Shown piece after piece: positions 49,126 to 58,942 of a stretch of 61,228 bases of DNA. A model generated the notes under the pieces. It ran no database searches and was not told the origin of the DNA. It was given only the letters and a program-made list of their open reading frames with translations. Positions within the stretch are counted from its first letter, which is position 1. Each line of letters begins with the position of its first letter. The stretch is from sequence record DRR723986_6336; one strand, given 5' to 3'. The position numbers and the translations under genes were made by a program.

Positions 49126-51669
49126 GTGAAGAACACAACCCCTATTGCAGCAGGGCTGTGCCTGCTCGCCAGCTCAATCGCCCAGTTAAGCTACGCCCAA
49201 GAGAAAAATACGCCTCGCGGCCTGGAAGAGGTGATTGTGACCGCTCAGAAAAAAGCGGAATCCCTACAGGATACGCCCATTTCGCTGACTGCCTTCGGCG
49301 AAGAGCGCCTAGAAATTGACGGCATCAACAACTTGAACGATATCGGCTCCAAGGTCCCCAGCCTGACGATTGAGCCATTTCCGATCAACAATGCAACACT
49401 GCGAATCTTTATCCGCGGTATCGGCCTGTCTGACGTTCAGGTAACGCAGGATCCGCCGATCGGGATTTATGTGGACGGCGTTTATATCGCACGCTCCACA
49501 GGCACCGCGCTCGACGTTGCTGAATTACAGCGTATAGAAGTACTCCGCGGCCCCCAGGGCACACTATACGGCCGCAACACCACTGGTGGCGCCATCAACC
49601 TAGTGACTAAGCGCCCAACGACTGAGGCCTTCGAATTCAAAGAAAAACTCACATTCGGCAACCGCAACCAGTTCACCTCTAAAACCACCGCGAACATTCC
49701 TATCAGCGATACCTTGGCGGCCAAGGTCGCCTATCTGACAACGGAAATGGACGGTTTCATCGAAAACACCGGCCCCGGCGGTGATTTTGGCGACCGAGAA
49801 GTCGAAGGCTATCGCATCGACTTTCGCTGGGATATCAGTGACACCATGACCTTGGATTACGCCTACGACAAATCCGAGTATGAATACATCAACTACATGT
49901 ATCAGTCGATTCGCCCCGGCGAACAAAATAAAGGGCAAGCGGAGCCCGTTAGAGAGTTTTCGGTAAGCCAAGCTAAGCACAGTGAAGACCGCTTCGACTC
50001 CATGGAAACGTTCCGCCCGATGGAGACGTCAGAAACCGAAATTGAAGGCCACTCCCTCATCCTGACCAAAGATTTTGAAAATGTTCAGGTGAAGTACATC
50101 GCGGCCTATCGCGAATTGTATGACGCGTCGTATGCCGACTTAGGCGGCGGAATAGGCTCAGGCCGCTACCGCACCGATTCGCATGAATACTGCGGACCCG
50201 CAGTCGAGGCACAAACTGGCGAGGAATGCCTGCCTCTCGTCGTGCCGCAAATCTCTCAAGAACAAACCTCTCACGAGCTGCAGTTTGCGGGGAGCTTGTT
50301 TAAAGATTCTGTTGACTACATCGTGGGCGCGTACTACTTCGAAGAAGAAGCCACTGAAAACAACGCTCCGCTCCACCACCAGTTCAGCTCAGAAATCAGT
50401 GATAACGTTATTCCTATCCCCGTTTTGGGACAAATTCTGGGAAGCACGCTACTCACGGCTGGCGACGTTAAGATCGTTAATATGTTGTCGCAGCGCTACG
50501 ACATCGAGAACACCGCCAAAGCGGTATTCGGTCAGTTTACCTGGACACCGGGCATTCTCGATGAACGCCTACACCTGACCTTCGGCGCTCGCTATTCCAA
50601 AGACTCCCGCGAAGCACTGAAGAATCAGACGGACAAGACCTACTTGGAAATCCGCACCTTGAACCAGGCGATCGACATGCAGAACCTCGGCCCCTTGCAA
50701 CCGGTGCTGGGTGCAGGTGGCTTCTTATTACCGGGCGATCGCGCCTTCGATAATATCTACGCATCGAAGGATTTCACCGATAGCTCCTTCAGCTTTATTG
50801 CCGAGTTTGACCTGACCGAGGACATCAACCTCTACGGTAAATTTATCCAGGCCTATAAATCAGGCGGCTTCAACACGCGCGACCCACAGCGCGGCTCCAC
50901 AGGCACACCCTCAGGGCCAACCACACCAGAGGGACGCGGTGATGACACAGATCAGCCCGCGCCAGATGGCGTCGTCTACGGCTACGGCTTTGCTGACGGC
51001 TTCGACGAGGAACACGTGGACTCTATCGAAGCGGGGATCAAGAGCGAGCTTCTGGATCGCCGACTGCGCATAAATGCCAACCTGTTTTACAGCGAGTACA
51101 CCGACATTCAGCTCAACTTTATTCTCGCCGGCACCATTGCCGACACCAAAGTAGCGAATGCGGGTGAAGCGGAAATGCGCGGCCTCGAAGCAGACATCAC
51201 CTTCCTGGCGACAGACAACTTGATGCTGATGCTGAACTACGCTTATCTCGATGCAGAAGTGACCAAGGCCGTGGACAAGGCCGGTAATGATGTTACCGAT
51301 ACCTTCGTGTTCTATTCCGCACCCGAGCACAGTTACACCGCGTCTGCGGACTGGACGATCGGATCGTGGGATTGGGGCGTACTGTCGGCCAACGTGAGCT
51401 ATAACTTCATGGACGACCGCAACGGCGGTGTGCGTGAAGCCAATGCCGTCAACACCTTCATTGGTAGCTACGGCCTGTGGAACGGTCGTTTAAGTCTCAG
51501 CCAAGTGCCCGTAAGTCGATTTGGTACGTTAAATATCGGCCTATGGGGTAAAAACCTCGGCGATGAGGAATACGAAATCACGGCTATCGACAATCTGCCA
51601 CACAGTGACCGGGCGGTTATCTGGGGAGAGCCTCGGACCTATGGTATCGACGTGATCTACGAGTTCTAA
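49126..51669 (+). CDS. TonB-dependent receptor
   Basis: Signal peptide; TonB box EEVIVTA; IEVLRGPQGTLYGRN; C-terminal F. GTG start after GGAG. Confidence 0.95.
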   Translation: MKNTTPIAAGLCLLASSIAQLSYAQEKNTPRGLEEVIVTAQKKAESLQDTPISLTAFGEERLEIDGINNLNDIGSKVPSLTIEPFPINNATLRIFIRGIGLSDVQVTQDPPIGIYVDGVYIARSTGTALDVAELQRIEVLRGPQGTLYGRNTTGGAINLVTKRPTTEAFEFKEKLTFGNRNQFTSKTTANIPISDTLAAKVAYLTTEMDGFIENTGPGGDFGDREVEGYRIDFRWDISDTMTLDYAYDKSEYEYINYMYQSIRPGEQNKGQAEPVREFSVSQAKHSEDRFDSMETFRPMETSETEIEGHSLILTKDFENVQVKYIAAYRELYDASYADLGGGIGSGRYRTDSHEYCGPAVEAQTGEECLPLVVPQISQEQTSHELQFAGSLFKDSVDYIVGAYYFEEEATENNAPLHHQFSSEISDNVIPIPVLGQILGSTLLTAGDVKIVNMLSQRYDIENTAKAVFGQFTWTPGILDERLHLTFGARYSKDSREALKNQTDKTYLEIRTLNQAIDMQNLGPLQPVLGAGGFLLPGDRAFDNIYASKDFTDSSFSFIAEFDLTEDINLYGKFIQAYKSGGFNTRDPQRGSTGTPSGPTTPEGRGDDTDQPAPDGVVYGYGFADGFDEEHVDSIEAGIKSELLDRRLRINANLFYSEYTDIQLNFILAGTIADTKVANAGEAEMRGLEADITFLATDNLMLMLNYAYLDAEVTKAVDKAGNDVTDTFVFYSAPEHSYTASADWTIGSWDWGVLSANVSYNFMDDRNGGVREANAVNTFIGSYGLWNGRLSLSQVPVSRFGTLNIGLWGKNLGDEEYEITAIDNLPHSDRAVIWGEPRTYGIDVIYEF

Positions 51670-51701
51670 ATACCCACACCGAGTGTGATACTATAAGCAA
51701 T

Positions 51702-51732
51702 AAAAAAAGGCAGCCCATGGTCTGCCTTTTTT
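51702..51732. terminator. Bidirectional intrinsic terminator
   Basis: AAAAAAAGGCAG-CCCATGGT-CTGCCTTTTTT between convergent genes. Confidence 0.88.
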
Positions 51733-51747
51733 ACTATGCAGTCCCTT

Positions 51748-52422
51748 TTAGATCTTAATAAAGGGTTGCACCAATTTAGCGATCCACCCGCGGAACTCCA
51801 GTGGCGCATCCATCCCTGCCAAACAGATGCAGTCCTGGTCTGCATCGGCGATCGGCTGGTGCTCAACCGAACCGTCCAAATCAGCAAAGTCTCCGGCGTT
51901 GAACTTACCGAGACTGTCGCTATAACCACCGCGCAGTATCAGTGTCAGTTCGTGGCCGCGGTGGGTGTGAACGGGCATTTGCTTGCCAGCCGCGATTCTC
52001 AATAACTTGGCATCCCCTTCCCCGCACTTCAGATCCACTTGTTTCATACCGGGCACGATACTTTTCCACGGCAGAGAATCGAAGTCATCTTGGTCCACCA
52101 GATTGCGCAGCAAGCGAGGTAACTCGCTTTGCGACGCCGCCGCAGGTGAACTTTCAGGCGCCGCGGCTGGGCTTGCTTCGCCGCCCGGGTTCGCATCCAG
52201 CAACGCCATCATGGATTCGCGTCGCCCGTCTGAAAGCGGCTTCTCCTGCAACTGCGACATCAAGCTACCGCCAACGGCGTCAGCCTGCGCTACTCGTTCC
52301 CGGCATGCGCTGCAGTATTGCAAATGGCAACCCACAACCAGCGCCATGGCGGCTGGTAACGAGCCGGCCGCGTAGCTCAAAATTGTTTCATCGTTTGGAT
52401 GATGTTCGATGTGCCCCATCAT
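51748..52422 (-). CDS. chrR: Anti-sigma factor ChrR
   Basis: HHP...YAAG; zinc motif HLQYCSAC; cupin HTHRGHELTL...HQP. Confidence 0.93.
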   Translation of the reverse strand: MMGHIEHHPNDETILSYAAGSLPAAMALVVGCHLQYCSACRERVAQADAVGGSLMSQLQEKPLSDGRRESMMALLDANPGGEASPAAAPESSPAAASQSELPRLLRNLVDQDDFDSLPWKSIVPGMKQVDLKCGEGDAKLLRIAAGKQMPVHTHRGHELTLILRGGYSDSLGKFNAGDFADLDGSVEHQPIADADQDCICLAGMDAPLEFRGWIAKLVQPFIKI

Positions 52423-52979
52423 TCATTATCTCCGAAGTGCTGGCGAAACGCTCGTATCGCCAGCCGTAAACTAGATTTCACAATGCCTAGAGGCATCCCG
52501 GTCTCTAGCGCTATCTCACTGTGACTTTTGCCCTCGTAATACGACTTGTACACCACTTGAGCCTGGTTGTTTGGCAACTGCTCAATGACTCTCAAAAGTC
52601 GGTCGCCGTCTGCATTAATGCTCGGCTCGGGTTCGTAGGTTTCTGTCAAATTCTCGTCAGATTCATACGCTATCCCACGTTGTTTACGCAAACGATCTAT
52701 CCACAGATTTCGCGCCACGCGAAAAAGCCACGTGCTTACCGCGGCTTTTTCGCGCTTATACAAATGCGCTTTATTCCACAAAGCGAGCAGTGCATCCTGC
52801 GTTAAATCTTCCGCTAGTGAGGCTTCCACGCCTTGGCCCAGCAAATAGGCGTTCACCCTGGGTGAAAAGTGATCAAAAAGCAGCATAAAGCTTTTTTTAT
52901 CCCTCTCACCGGCAACGCGCTCCATGCAATCCGCCCAGAATGCCCCTGTGCGCTCTTGTTGTGTGGCTTCTTTTGCCAT
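52419..52979 (-). CDS. rpoE: ECF sigma factor (RpoE/ChrR type, ECF11)
   Basis: Sigma-70 regions 2 and 4 (STWLFRVARNLWIDRLRK; SHSEIA...PLGIVKS); ATGA-coupled to chrR. Confidence 0.9.
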   Translation of the reverse strand: MAKEATQQERTGAFWADCMERVAGERDKKSFMLLFDHFSPRVNAYLLGQGVEASLAEDLTQDALLALWNKAHLYKREKAAVSTWLFRVARNLWIDRLRKQRGIAYESDENLTETYEPEPSINADGDRLLRVIEQLPNNQAQVVYKSYYEGKSHSEIALETGMPLGIVKSSLRLAIRAFRQHFGDNE

Positions 52980-52982
52980 GTA

Positions 52983-53402
52983 TTAACCTCTTGAGGCCTC
53001 GTTTACGTTGGAGGACTGATTACGGATCATCCCTGATGTTGCCCATAAAATAGCGGCTATCAGCACAAATTGCAGCGGTATGCGCAACCATAGAACCGTG
53101 TCAGGTAGCTCGCCGCCGGGGCCTGCAACGCCCGCCATAGCTTGGTAGATATTGGCGGGCAGAACAGCGATGCAATACAGCGCCATAATCTGGCCAACTC
53201 GCTGGCGCCAGCGAGATAAAAATATCAGTGGCGCAATCAGCAGTTCGAACACACCGGTTAACCAAACAATCCAAACTGGGTATGGCAGAAACGGCGGCAC
53301 AATAGCTGCAAACTCCTGGGCGAACAGAAAATGTGCAACCCCGCCCGCTAGAAAGAATAAACAGATCAAGCCACGAATTACTGCCTTCACCCTAATCTCC
53401 AT
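52983..53402 (-). CDS. DoxX-like membrane protein
   Basis: GVAHF...IVPPFLP...TGVFE...PANIYQA...LRIPLQ. Start uncertain. Confidence 0.78.
   Translation of the reverse strand: MEIRVKAVIRGLICLFFLAGGVAHFLFAQEFAAIVPPFLPYPVWIVWLTGVFELLIAPLIFLSRWRQRVGQIMALYCIAVLPANIYQAMAGVAGPGGELPDTVLWLRIPLQFVLIAAILWATSGMIRNQSSNVNEASRG
53004..53029 (-). promoter_or_regulatory. ECF11 autoregulatory promoter
   Basis: Minus strand TGATCC-N16-CGTA; the -10 element ends 25 nt upstream of the rpoE ATG. Confidence 0.8.
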
Positions 53403-53545
53403 TTTTGCAAAGGTGTACCCTAGCACCGCACTGGCAGATTCTACACAGATGCTATCGGCATTTATCAACAATAGTCTAAATACAGGCGCTTGTGACCGCG
53501 TCCACCGCTCGTTAACATGGACGTATTCGCTGTGGAGAAGTAGTA

Positions 53546-54547
53546 ATGACCTATAAGAGCATGCCGGAGCTCATCGGCAACACCCCTCTAATACAGCTGA
53601 AGGGAGTATCAGAACTCACCGGCTGCACTATTCTTGGCAAGGCGGAGTTTCTTAACCCCGGAGGCTCCGTCAAAGACCGCACAGCACTCGGCATTATTCG
53701 CGAAGCAGAACGCGACGGCTCACTGCGCCCCGGCGGCACAATTGTGGAGGGCACCGCTGGCAATACGGGTATTGGTTTGACACTGATCGCCAATGCTCTG
53801 GGTTATAAAAGTGTTGTTGTAATGCCGCAAAGTCAAAGCCGCGAAAAGATTGAATTACTCGATCTCTATGGTGCAGATTTGCGTCTCGTTCAAGCCACAA
53901 GCTACAGCGACCCCAATCACTATATTCATACCGCCCGCCGCCTCGCTGAAAGCCTCAATGACAGCGAAGCCAACGGGGCCATTTGGGCGCGCCAGTTCGA
54001 TAATACGGCCAATGCAAAAATTCACCAGGAAACCACCGGCGAGGAAATTTGGCGTCAGACCGACGGGCAAGTTGACGGCTTTATCTGCGCTGTGGGCACT
54101 GGCGGAACACTGGCCGGCGTCAGTCGCGCACTCAAAGCCCACAACAAGGACATACACATTGGTCTTGCCGACCCACAAGGCTCTGCACTCTACAACTACT
54201 ACACCCACGGCGAACTGCAGGGCGAAGGCCGTTCCATCGCCGAAGGCATTGGTATTAGTTTAATCACCGACAATTTACGCTTGGCGGAAGTCGACAGTGC
54301 CCACCAGATCGCAGACGCGGAAGCGCTGCCCTACATCTTTGATTTGCTCCGCAATGAAGGCCTGTGTCTTGGCGGCTCATCGGCAATTAATATCGCGGGC
54401 GCCGTTGCACTGGCCCGCAAGTTGGGTCCCGGCCATACGATTGTCACGATTCTTTGCGACTATGGCGACCGTTACAAAAGTAAGCTCTACAACCCGGTAT
54501 TTTTGGAAAATATGGGCCTGCCCGCTCCAGATTGGCCGGTGAACTGA
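53546..54547 (+). CDS. cysK: Cysteine synthase A-like PLP enzyme
   Basis: IGNTPLI; KAEFLNPGGSVKDR; EGTAGNTG; GTGGT. Confidence 0.88.
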   Translation: MTYKSMPELIGNTPLIQLKGVSELTGCTILGKAEFLNPGGSVKDRTALGIIREAERDGSLRPGGTIVEGTAGNTGIGLTLIANALGYKSVVVMPQSQSREKIELLDLYGADLRLVQATSYSDPNHYIHTARRLAESLNDSEANGAIWARQFDNTANAKIHQETTGEEIWRQTDGQVDGFICAVGTGGTLAGVSRALKAHNKDIHIGLADPQGSALYNYYTHGELQGEGRSIAEGIGISLITDNLRLAEVDSAHQIADAEALPYIFDLLRNEGLCLGGSSAINIAGAVALARKLGPGHTIVTILCDYGDRYKSKLYNPVFLENMGLPAPDWPVN

Positions 54548-54585
54548 GCCCTGCAATAACAATACAACACGGAGAGCACATCGCC

Positions 54586-55161
54586 ATGGCCGTAGGCACG
54601 ATGGTATTTCTAGCAGTACTGGTATTTACCGTACTCTATTTGGTTCTTATGTATAACGGCTTGGTGAATCTCAAGCACAACGTTGCCAAGCACCTCGCCA
54701 ACATCGATGTGCTGCTCAAACAGCGCCACGACGAACTCCCCAAGCTCGTCGAGACCTGTAAACAGTATATGCAGTTCGAGCAGGACACCCTGCAAAAGGT
54801 TATCCTGGCTCGCCAACAAGTCGCTGACGCACAAGCTGAACACGACATAAAAAGCCTCGGGCAAGCGGAAAATGGCTTGCGCAGCAGCCTCGGGCAGCTC
54901 TTCGCTCTCGCGGAAAATTACCCAGAGCTCAAAGCAGATGGGGTATTTCAAAATCTCCACACCCGCATTTCTGCGCTCGAGAATGCCATTGCGGACCGGC
55001 GCGAGGTCTACAACGAAGCCGTCAACAATAACAACGTGCGTATAGAACAGTTCCCGGACGTGCTGATTGCCCGAGCATTTAACTTCAAGGCCTTCGACTT
55101 GTTACAGTTCGAAAAAGCAGAATTGAAGGATGTGAATATCGGCACCTTGTTCAACAGCTAG
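54586..55161 (+). CDS. lemA: LemA family protein
   Basis: N-terminal TM; YNGLV; NIDVLLKQRHD; AENYPELKA; LENAIADRREVYN; FP. Confidence 0.92.
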   Translation: MAVGTMVFLAVLVFTVLYLVLMYNGLVNLKHNVAKHLANIDVLLKQRHDELPKLVETCKQYMQFEQDTLQKVILARQQVADAQAEHDIKSLGQAENGLRSSLGQLFALAENYPELKADGVFQNLHTRISALENAIADRREVYNEAVNNNNVRIEQFPDVLIARAFNFKAFDLLQFEKAELKDVNIGTLFNS

Positions 55162-55167
55162 CGCAAT

Positions 55168-56064
55168 ATGGAAGGGCTTTTCCATATTGCCTTATTGGGC
55201 GTAATAAGTATTGTTGCCGCCGTCGCCAGCTTTTCTCGGCTGGGACGCGCGCGCCTCATTGAGGACACCCCAACATCCAAGATCCGCTCAGCCTCTCAGG
55301 GCTATGTGGAGCTAATCGGCAGCGGCGAACGCCCGGAGCAAACCACGCCGTTGCTTAGTAAGCTATCGGCCAGCCCCTGCATTTGGTTTCGCTATCGCAT
55401 AGAACGCTATGAGCGCAGTGGCAAAAACAGCCGCTGGCGTAAAATAGAAGGCTTCAGCAGCGAGCAGCCTTTTTTGCTCAACGACGGCAGTGGTCGCTGC
55501 TACATCTTCCCCGACAAAGCAGATATATCCAGCCACCGCAAACGCAGCTGGTATGGCAGTAGCCGCTACCCGATTTCGGGGCAGAAGCACTCGCTGTTTG
55601 GCCGGCGTTACCGCTATACCGAAGAGCTTCTCTGCGAGGGCGACCTGCTCTACGCGCTGGGCCTTTTTGAAACCCGCCACCCGCCGAGCGACGCTCAGCG
55701 CAATCAATCGCGAATGGCGGAGATTCTAAAGGACTGGAAACAGGACTACGACAAACTCGTGCAGCGCTTTGACCGCGATAACAATGGCGAGATAGACCCG
55801 GCTGAGTGGGAGCTGGCGCGCAGGGAGGCCCTTCGCATGGCAGAGCGAGAAGCGCGTAAAAGCTCGCCGAGCCAAGCAGTGAATACGCTCCGTCACTCGC
55901 CCAATCGACAACAACCGTTTATCATCGCCACCTCAGAACCCGAATCCCTGAGTCGACGCTACCGCTGGCAGGCGCTAGCATGGTTAATAGTGAGTGTGGG
56001 CTGCGCCGCTGGCGTGGCCTGGCTTTTGCTTCAGGAAAACCTGTCGACGATAGGCGCAGTATAG
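55168..56064 (+). CDS. GIDE-domain membrane protein with EF-hand
   Basis: DTPTSKIRSASQGYVEL; PFLLNDGSG; RYRYTEELL; DRDNNGEIDPAE; TM segments at both ends. Confidence 0.75.
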   Translation: MEGLFHIALLGVISIVAAVASFSRLGRARLIEDTPTSKIRSASQGYVELIGSGERPEQTTPLLSKLSASPCIWFRYRIERYERSGKNSRWRKIEGFSSEQPFLLNDGSGRCYIFPDKADISSHRKRSWYGSSRYPISGQKHSLFGRRYRYTEELLCEGDLLYALGLFETRHPPSDAQRNQSRMAEILKDWKQDYDKLVQRFDRDNNGEIDPAEWELARREALRMAEREARKSSPSQAVNTLRHSPNRQQPFIIATSEPESLSRRYRWQALAWLIVSVGCAAGVAWLLLQENLSTIGAV

Positions 56065-56074
56065 GACCAGCACC

Positions 56075-56671
56075 ATGACAACGCGGCGCAATACCCGTGA
56101 GCGCATTTTACAAGTGGCAGAGGAACTGTTTGCACAGCAGGGCTTCGCCGCGACTTCTATCAGTGAAATCGCCGTGCAGGTTGGTATCAGCAGCCCCGGG
56201 ATCTACAAACACTTCAGCAACAAACTCGCCATTTACGAGGAAGTTTGCGAACGCCTGATGGCCCCCCTCGTGGAAAAAACCAGCAAACTCCACACGGCTG
56301 CCAACTTCCTGGAGATCCGCGAGCAAATTCACACCATCATGAGTGACCTGAGCGCTCGCCCCAATATTGCTCGCCTGGTGCAACACGCCACACTGGCGCA
56401 AGATGAAACGCTGACTCTGCTCAGCGAGCGCTGGTACCGGAAAATATTCGCCTTTATCAGCGACGGCGCGAACAACCCCAATATCGAGTGGATACACGCC
56501 CCCACTGCGATGGCCTTCCACTGTATGATTTTGGGCTACGTGACACTGGCCCCATTACATCAATCCATTTTTGGCATAGACCCAATGGAGCCAAAACAGT
56601 TAGAGGCGCAATTGCAGCTGCAGCACGATATGGTCGACGGCTTCAATTTACTGCTGCCCGAGCAGCAATAA
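56075..56671 (+). CDS. TetR/AcrR-family regulator
   Basis: RERILQVAEELFAQQGFAATSISEIAVQVGISSPGIYKHFSNK. Confidence 0.9.
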   Translation: MTTRRNTRERILQVAEELFAQQGFAATSISEIAVQVGISSPGIYKHFSNKLAIYEEVCERLMAPLVEKTSKLHTAANFLEIREQIHTIMSDLSARPNIARLVQHATLAQDETLTLLSERWYRKIFAFISDGANNPNIEWIHAPTAMAFHCMILGYVTLAPLHQSIFGIDPMEPKQLEAQLQLQHDMVDGFNLLLPEQQ

Positions 56672-56676
56672 ACCCA

Positions 56677-57150
56677 TTACCTGGCTAATATTTCCGCCGC
56701 CTCTCGCATGGCAGCGCCGTGTTTCTCCTCGAGCGCAGCCATATGCTTGCGATAGTTCTCACGCTCCGTACGACTCAATGATTTCCAGGCATCGTGAGTG
56801 GGGATATCTGCCAGTTCTGCCGCCATTTCAACAAACACCGCGGCTTGCTGCCGAACCCCAGCATCGACAGCCGGCTGATCAACCAGCACTGCGACCCGCA
56901 AGCACATCTCACTGCCCCCCACCTGCCCGTCGAGGAAACACTTTGCCAACACGCGAATACTCTCGCGCGCCCCCAAGGCGTGCTCGTTGCTCGCTGGCTG
57001 AAATTCTACCACTGCGTCGTCTGCGGCCTGCACTGCAGCGCGCTGGGCCTTGGATAGCGCGCGCAACCGCATCAGCAGTATCGCGGCGTAACTGGCCAAT
57101 ACCAAAATGATCACCGCGCCTGCCACAAGCCACACTTTGTAGCCTTCCAT
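56677..57150 (-). CDS. DUF2489-like protein
   Basis: N-terminal TM; ESIRVLA...SEMCLRV...IPTHDAWKSL. Confidence 0.7.
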   Translation of the reverse strand: MEGYKVWLVAGAVIILVLASYAAILLMRLRALSKAQRAAVQAADDAVVEFQPASNEHALGARESIRVLAKCFLDGQVGGSEMCLRVAVLVDQPAVDAGVRQQAAVFVEMAAELADIPTHDAWKSLSRTERENYRKHMAALEEKHGAAMREAAEILAR

Positions 57151-57248
57151 AATTCCCCCCAAGCCGTTTCGTAAAGGCGAGCATTTTACCCGCTATCAGC
57201 GGAGAACGCCCTGCCTTATAATGGCGCCCCCAAAAACGGAGGCTTGCC

Positions 57249-58307
57249 GTGTCTACGCCAGATGCTATCCGCTGGAACAACAACCAGCTAGAACTACTCG
57301 ATCAACGCGCACTGCCCAATACCTGCGCCTACTTGAGCTATGACCGTGCTGAAGACGTTGCCCACGCCATTCGCGACATGGTCGTGCGCGGCGCACCGGC
57401 CATCGGCATTACCGCCGCCTACGGTATGGCATTGGCGTGTAGACAATGTGGTGAGCAGGCCAGTGTTGCCGCTTGGACAAACGCCTTAGCGGCACCTCGC
57501 CAGGCCCTAGCAGACAGTCGCCCCACTGCCGTGAACCTGTTTTGGGCGCTGCAACGTTGCGATCTCGTCGTGGAACAGTACGGCAACGGCCCGGGCCTTG
57601 GATCGGCGATGCTGGCGTTGGCCCAGCAAATCCACCAGGAAGACATCGATATTAACCGGCGCATCGGCGACCACGGCGCGACATTAATCGAGCCCGATAG
57701 CCTGGTGTATACCCACTGTAATGCCGGCGCGTTGGCGACTGGCGGCTACGGTACAGCGCTCGGCGTCATTCGCTCTGCATGGCGTGAAGGCACTCTCCGC
57801 GGCGTGATTGCCGGAGAAACCCGGCCGTGGATGCAGGGTGCCAGATTAACCAGCTGGGAACTCATGCAAGACGCTATCCCGGTAACGCTGGCAACCGAGG
57901 GTGCAGCCGCTCAATTAATGCGCGAATTGACACCCAGCTGGGTCATTGTCGGGGCCGACCGCGTCGCCGCCAATGGCGATGTCGCCAACAAAATCGGCAC
58001 CTACAACCTCGCCATTATCGCGCGTCACCACGGCGTAAAGATGATGGTGGCCGCGCCAACGAGCACCTTTGACCGCACGATGGATGGCGCTGACATCCCC
58101 ATCGAGCAGCGCAGCGCCTCGGAGATCACTCACAGCCAAGGCACTGCCATTGCGCCGCAAGGTTGCCCGGCACACAACCCGGCCTTCGATGTCACGCCCG
58201 CGTCACTCATTGATGCCATCGTGACCGAACACGGTGTCATACATCAGCCAGGGCGAGACACCATCGCCGCTCATCTCGACAAAGCAGCAACCGGGAGCGC
58301 CTTATGA
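57249..58307 (+). CDS. mtnA: Methylthioribose-1-phosphate isomerase
   Basis: [44 protein letters not shown]. Confidence 0.96.
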   Translation: MSTPDAIRWNNNQLELLDQRALPNTCAYLSYDRAEDVAHAIRDMVVRGAPAIGITAAYGMALACRQCGEQASVAAWTNALAAPRQALADSRPTAVNLFWALQRCDLVVEQYGNGPGLGSAMLALAQQIHQEDIDINRRIGDHGATLIEPDSLVYTHCNAGALATGGYGTALGVIRSAWREGTLRGVIAGETRPWMQGARLTSWELMQDAIPVTLATEGAAAQLMRELTPSWVIVGADRVAANGDVANKIGTYNLAIIARHHGVKMMVAAPTSTFDRTMDGADIPIEQRSASEITHSQGTAIAPQGCPAHNPAFDVTPASLIDAIVTEHGVIHQPGRDTIAAHLDKAATGSAL

Positions 58308-58927
58308 AAAAGACCAAGACCTTTTTCGACAAAGCGATCGCTCTGGCTGCCGCGGGCGCCGAGCTGTATCAGCGCGGCTGGGTGCCAGCCACTAGCGGCA
58401 ACTTTTCGCTCCGCCTGGACAGTGATAGCGCGCTGGTAACCGCCTCAGGTAAACACAAGGGCCAGCTCGGCCCCACCGACTTTATTGCCGTCGACTTCGA
58501 CGGCGCCGCGCTTAGCGACGGCAAGCCCTCGGCGGAAACCCTGCTCCACACCGCCCTGTACCGCCGCTTCGCAGACCTCGGCGCGGTCCTGCACTGCCAC
58601 AGCGCAACGGCGACCATTCTGTCGCGGCTCCACGCCAGCGACGGCAAAATCACGCTGCGTGACTACGAGTTGCTAAAGGCTTTTCCCAACATTGACAGTC
58701 ACGCGACGTCGGTTGATATTCCGATCTTTGCAAATACGCAAGACATCGCCGAGTTGGCCATAGAAGTAGATCAGTACCTTCAGGAATACCCAGCGTGCCC
58801 AGGCTATCTGATAGAAGGTCACGGTCTGTACTGCTGGGGGCAAACCCTGAACGACTGTTTACGCCACCTGGAAGCCCTTGAATTTATGCTGGACTGCGAG
58901 CTGGAAATGCATCGCTTGCGCCGCTAA
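58304..58927 (+). CDS. mtnB: Methylthioribulose-1-phosphate dehydratase
   Basis: GWVPATSGNFS; PSAETLLH; HCHS; GHGLY. Confidence 0.95.
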   Translation: MKKTKTFFDKAIALAAAGAELYQRGWVPATSGNFSLRLDSDSALVTASGKHKGQLGPTDFIAVDFDGAALSDGKPSAETLLHTALYRRFADLGAVLHCHSATATILSRLHASDGKITLRDYELLKAFPNIDSHATSVDIPIFANTQDIAELAIEVDQYLQEYPACPGYLIEGHGLYCWGQTLNDCLRHLEALEFMLDCELEMHRLRR

Positions 58928-58942
58928 CCGAGGATCAACACC

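Noticed and set aside
57151-57248. SAM/SAH riboswitch before mtnA
   Set aside because: The TATAAT is only about 26 nt from the start codon, leaving no room, and I saw no aptamer motif.
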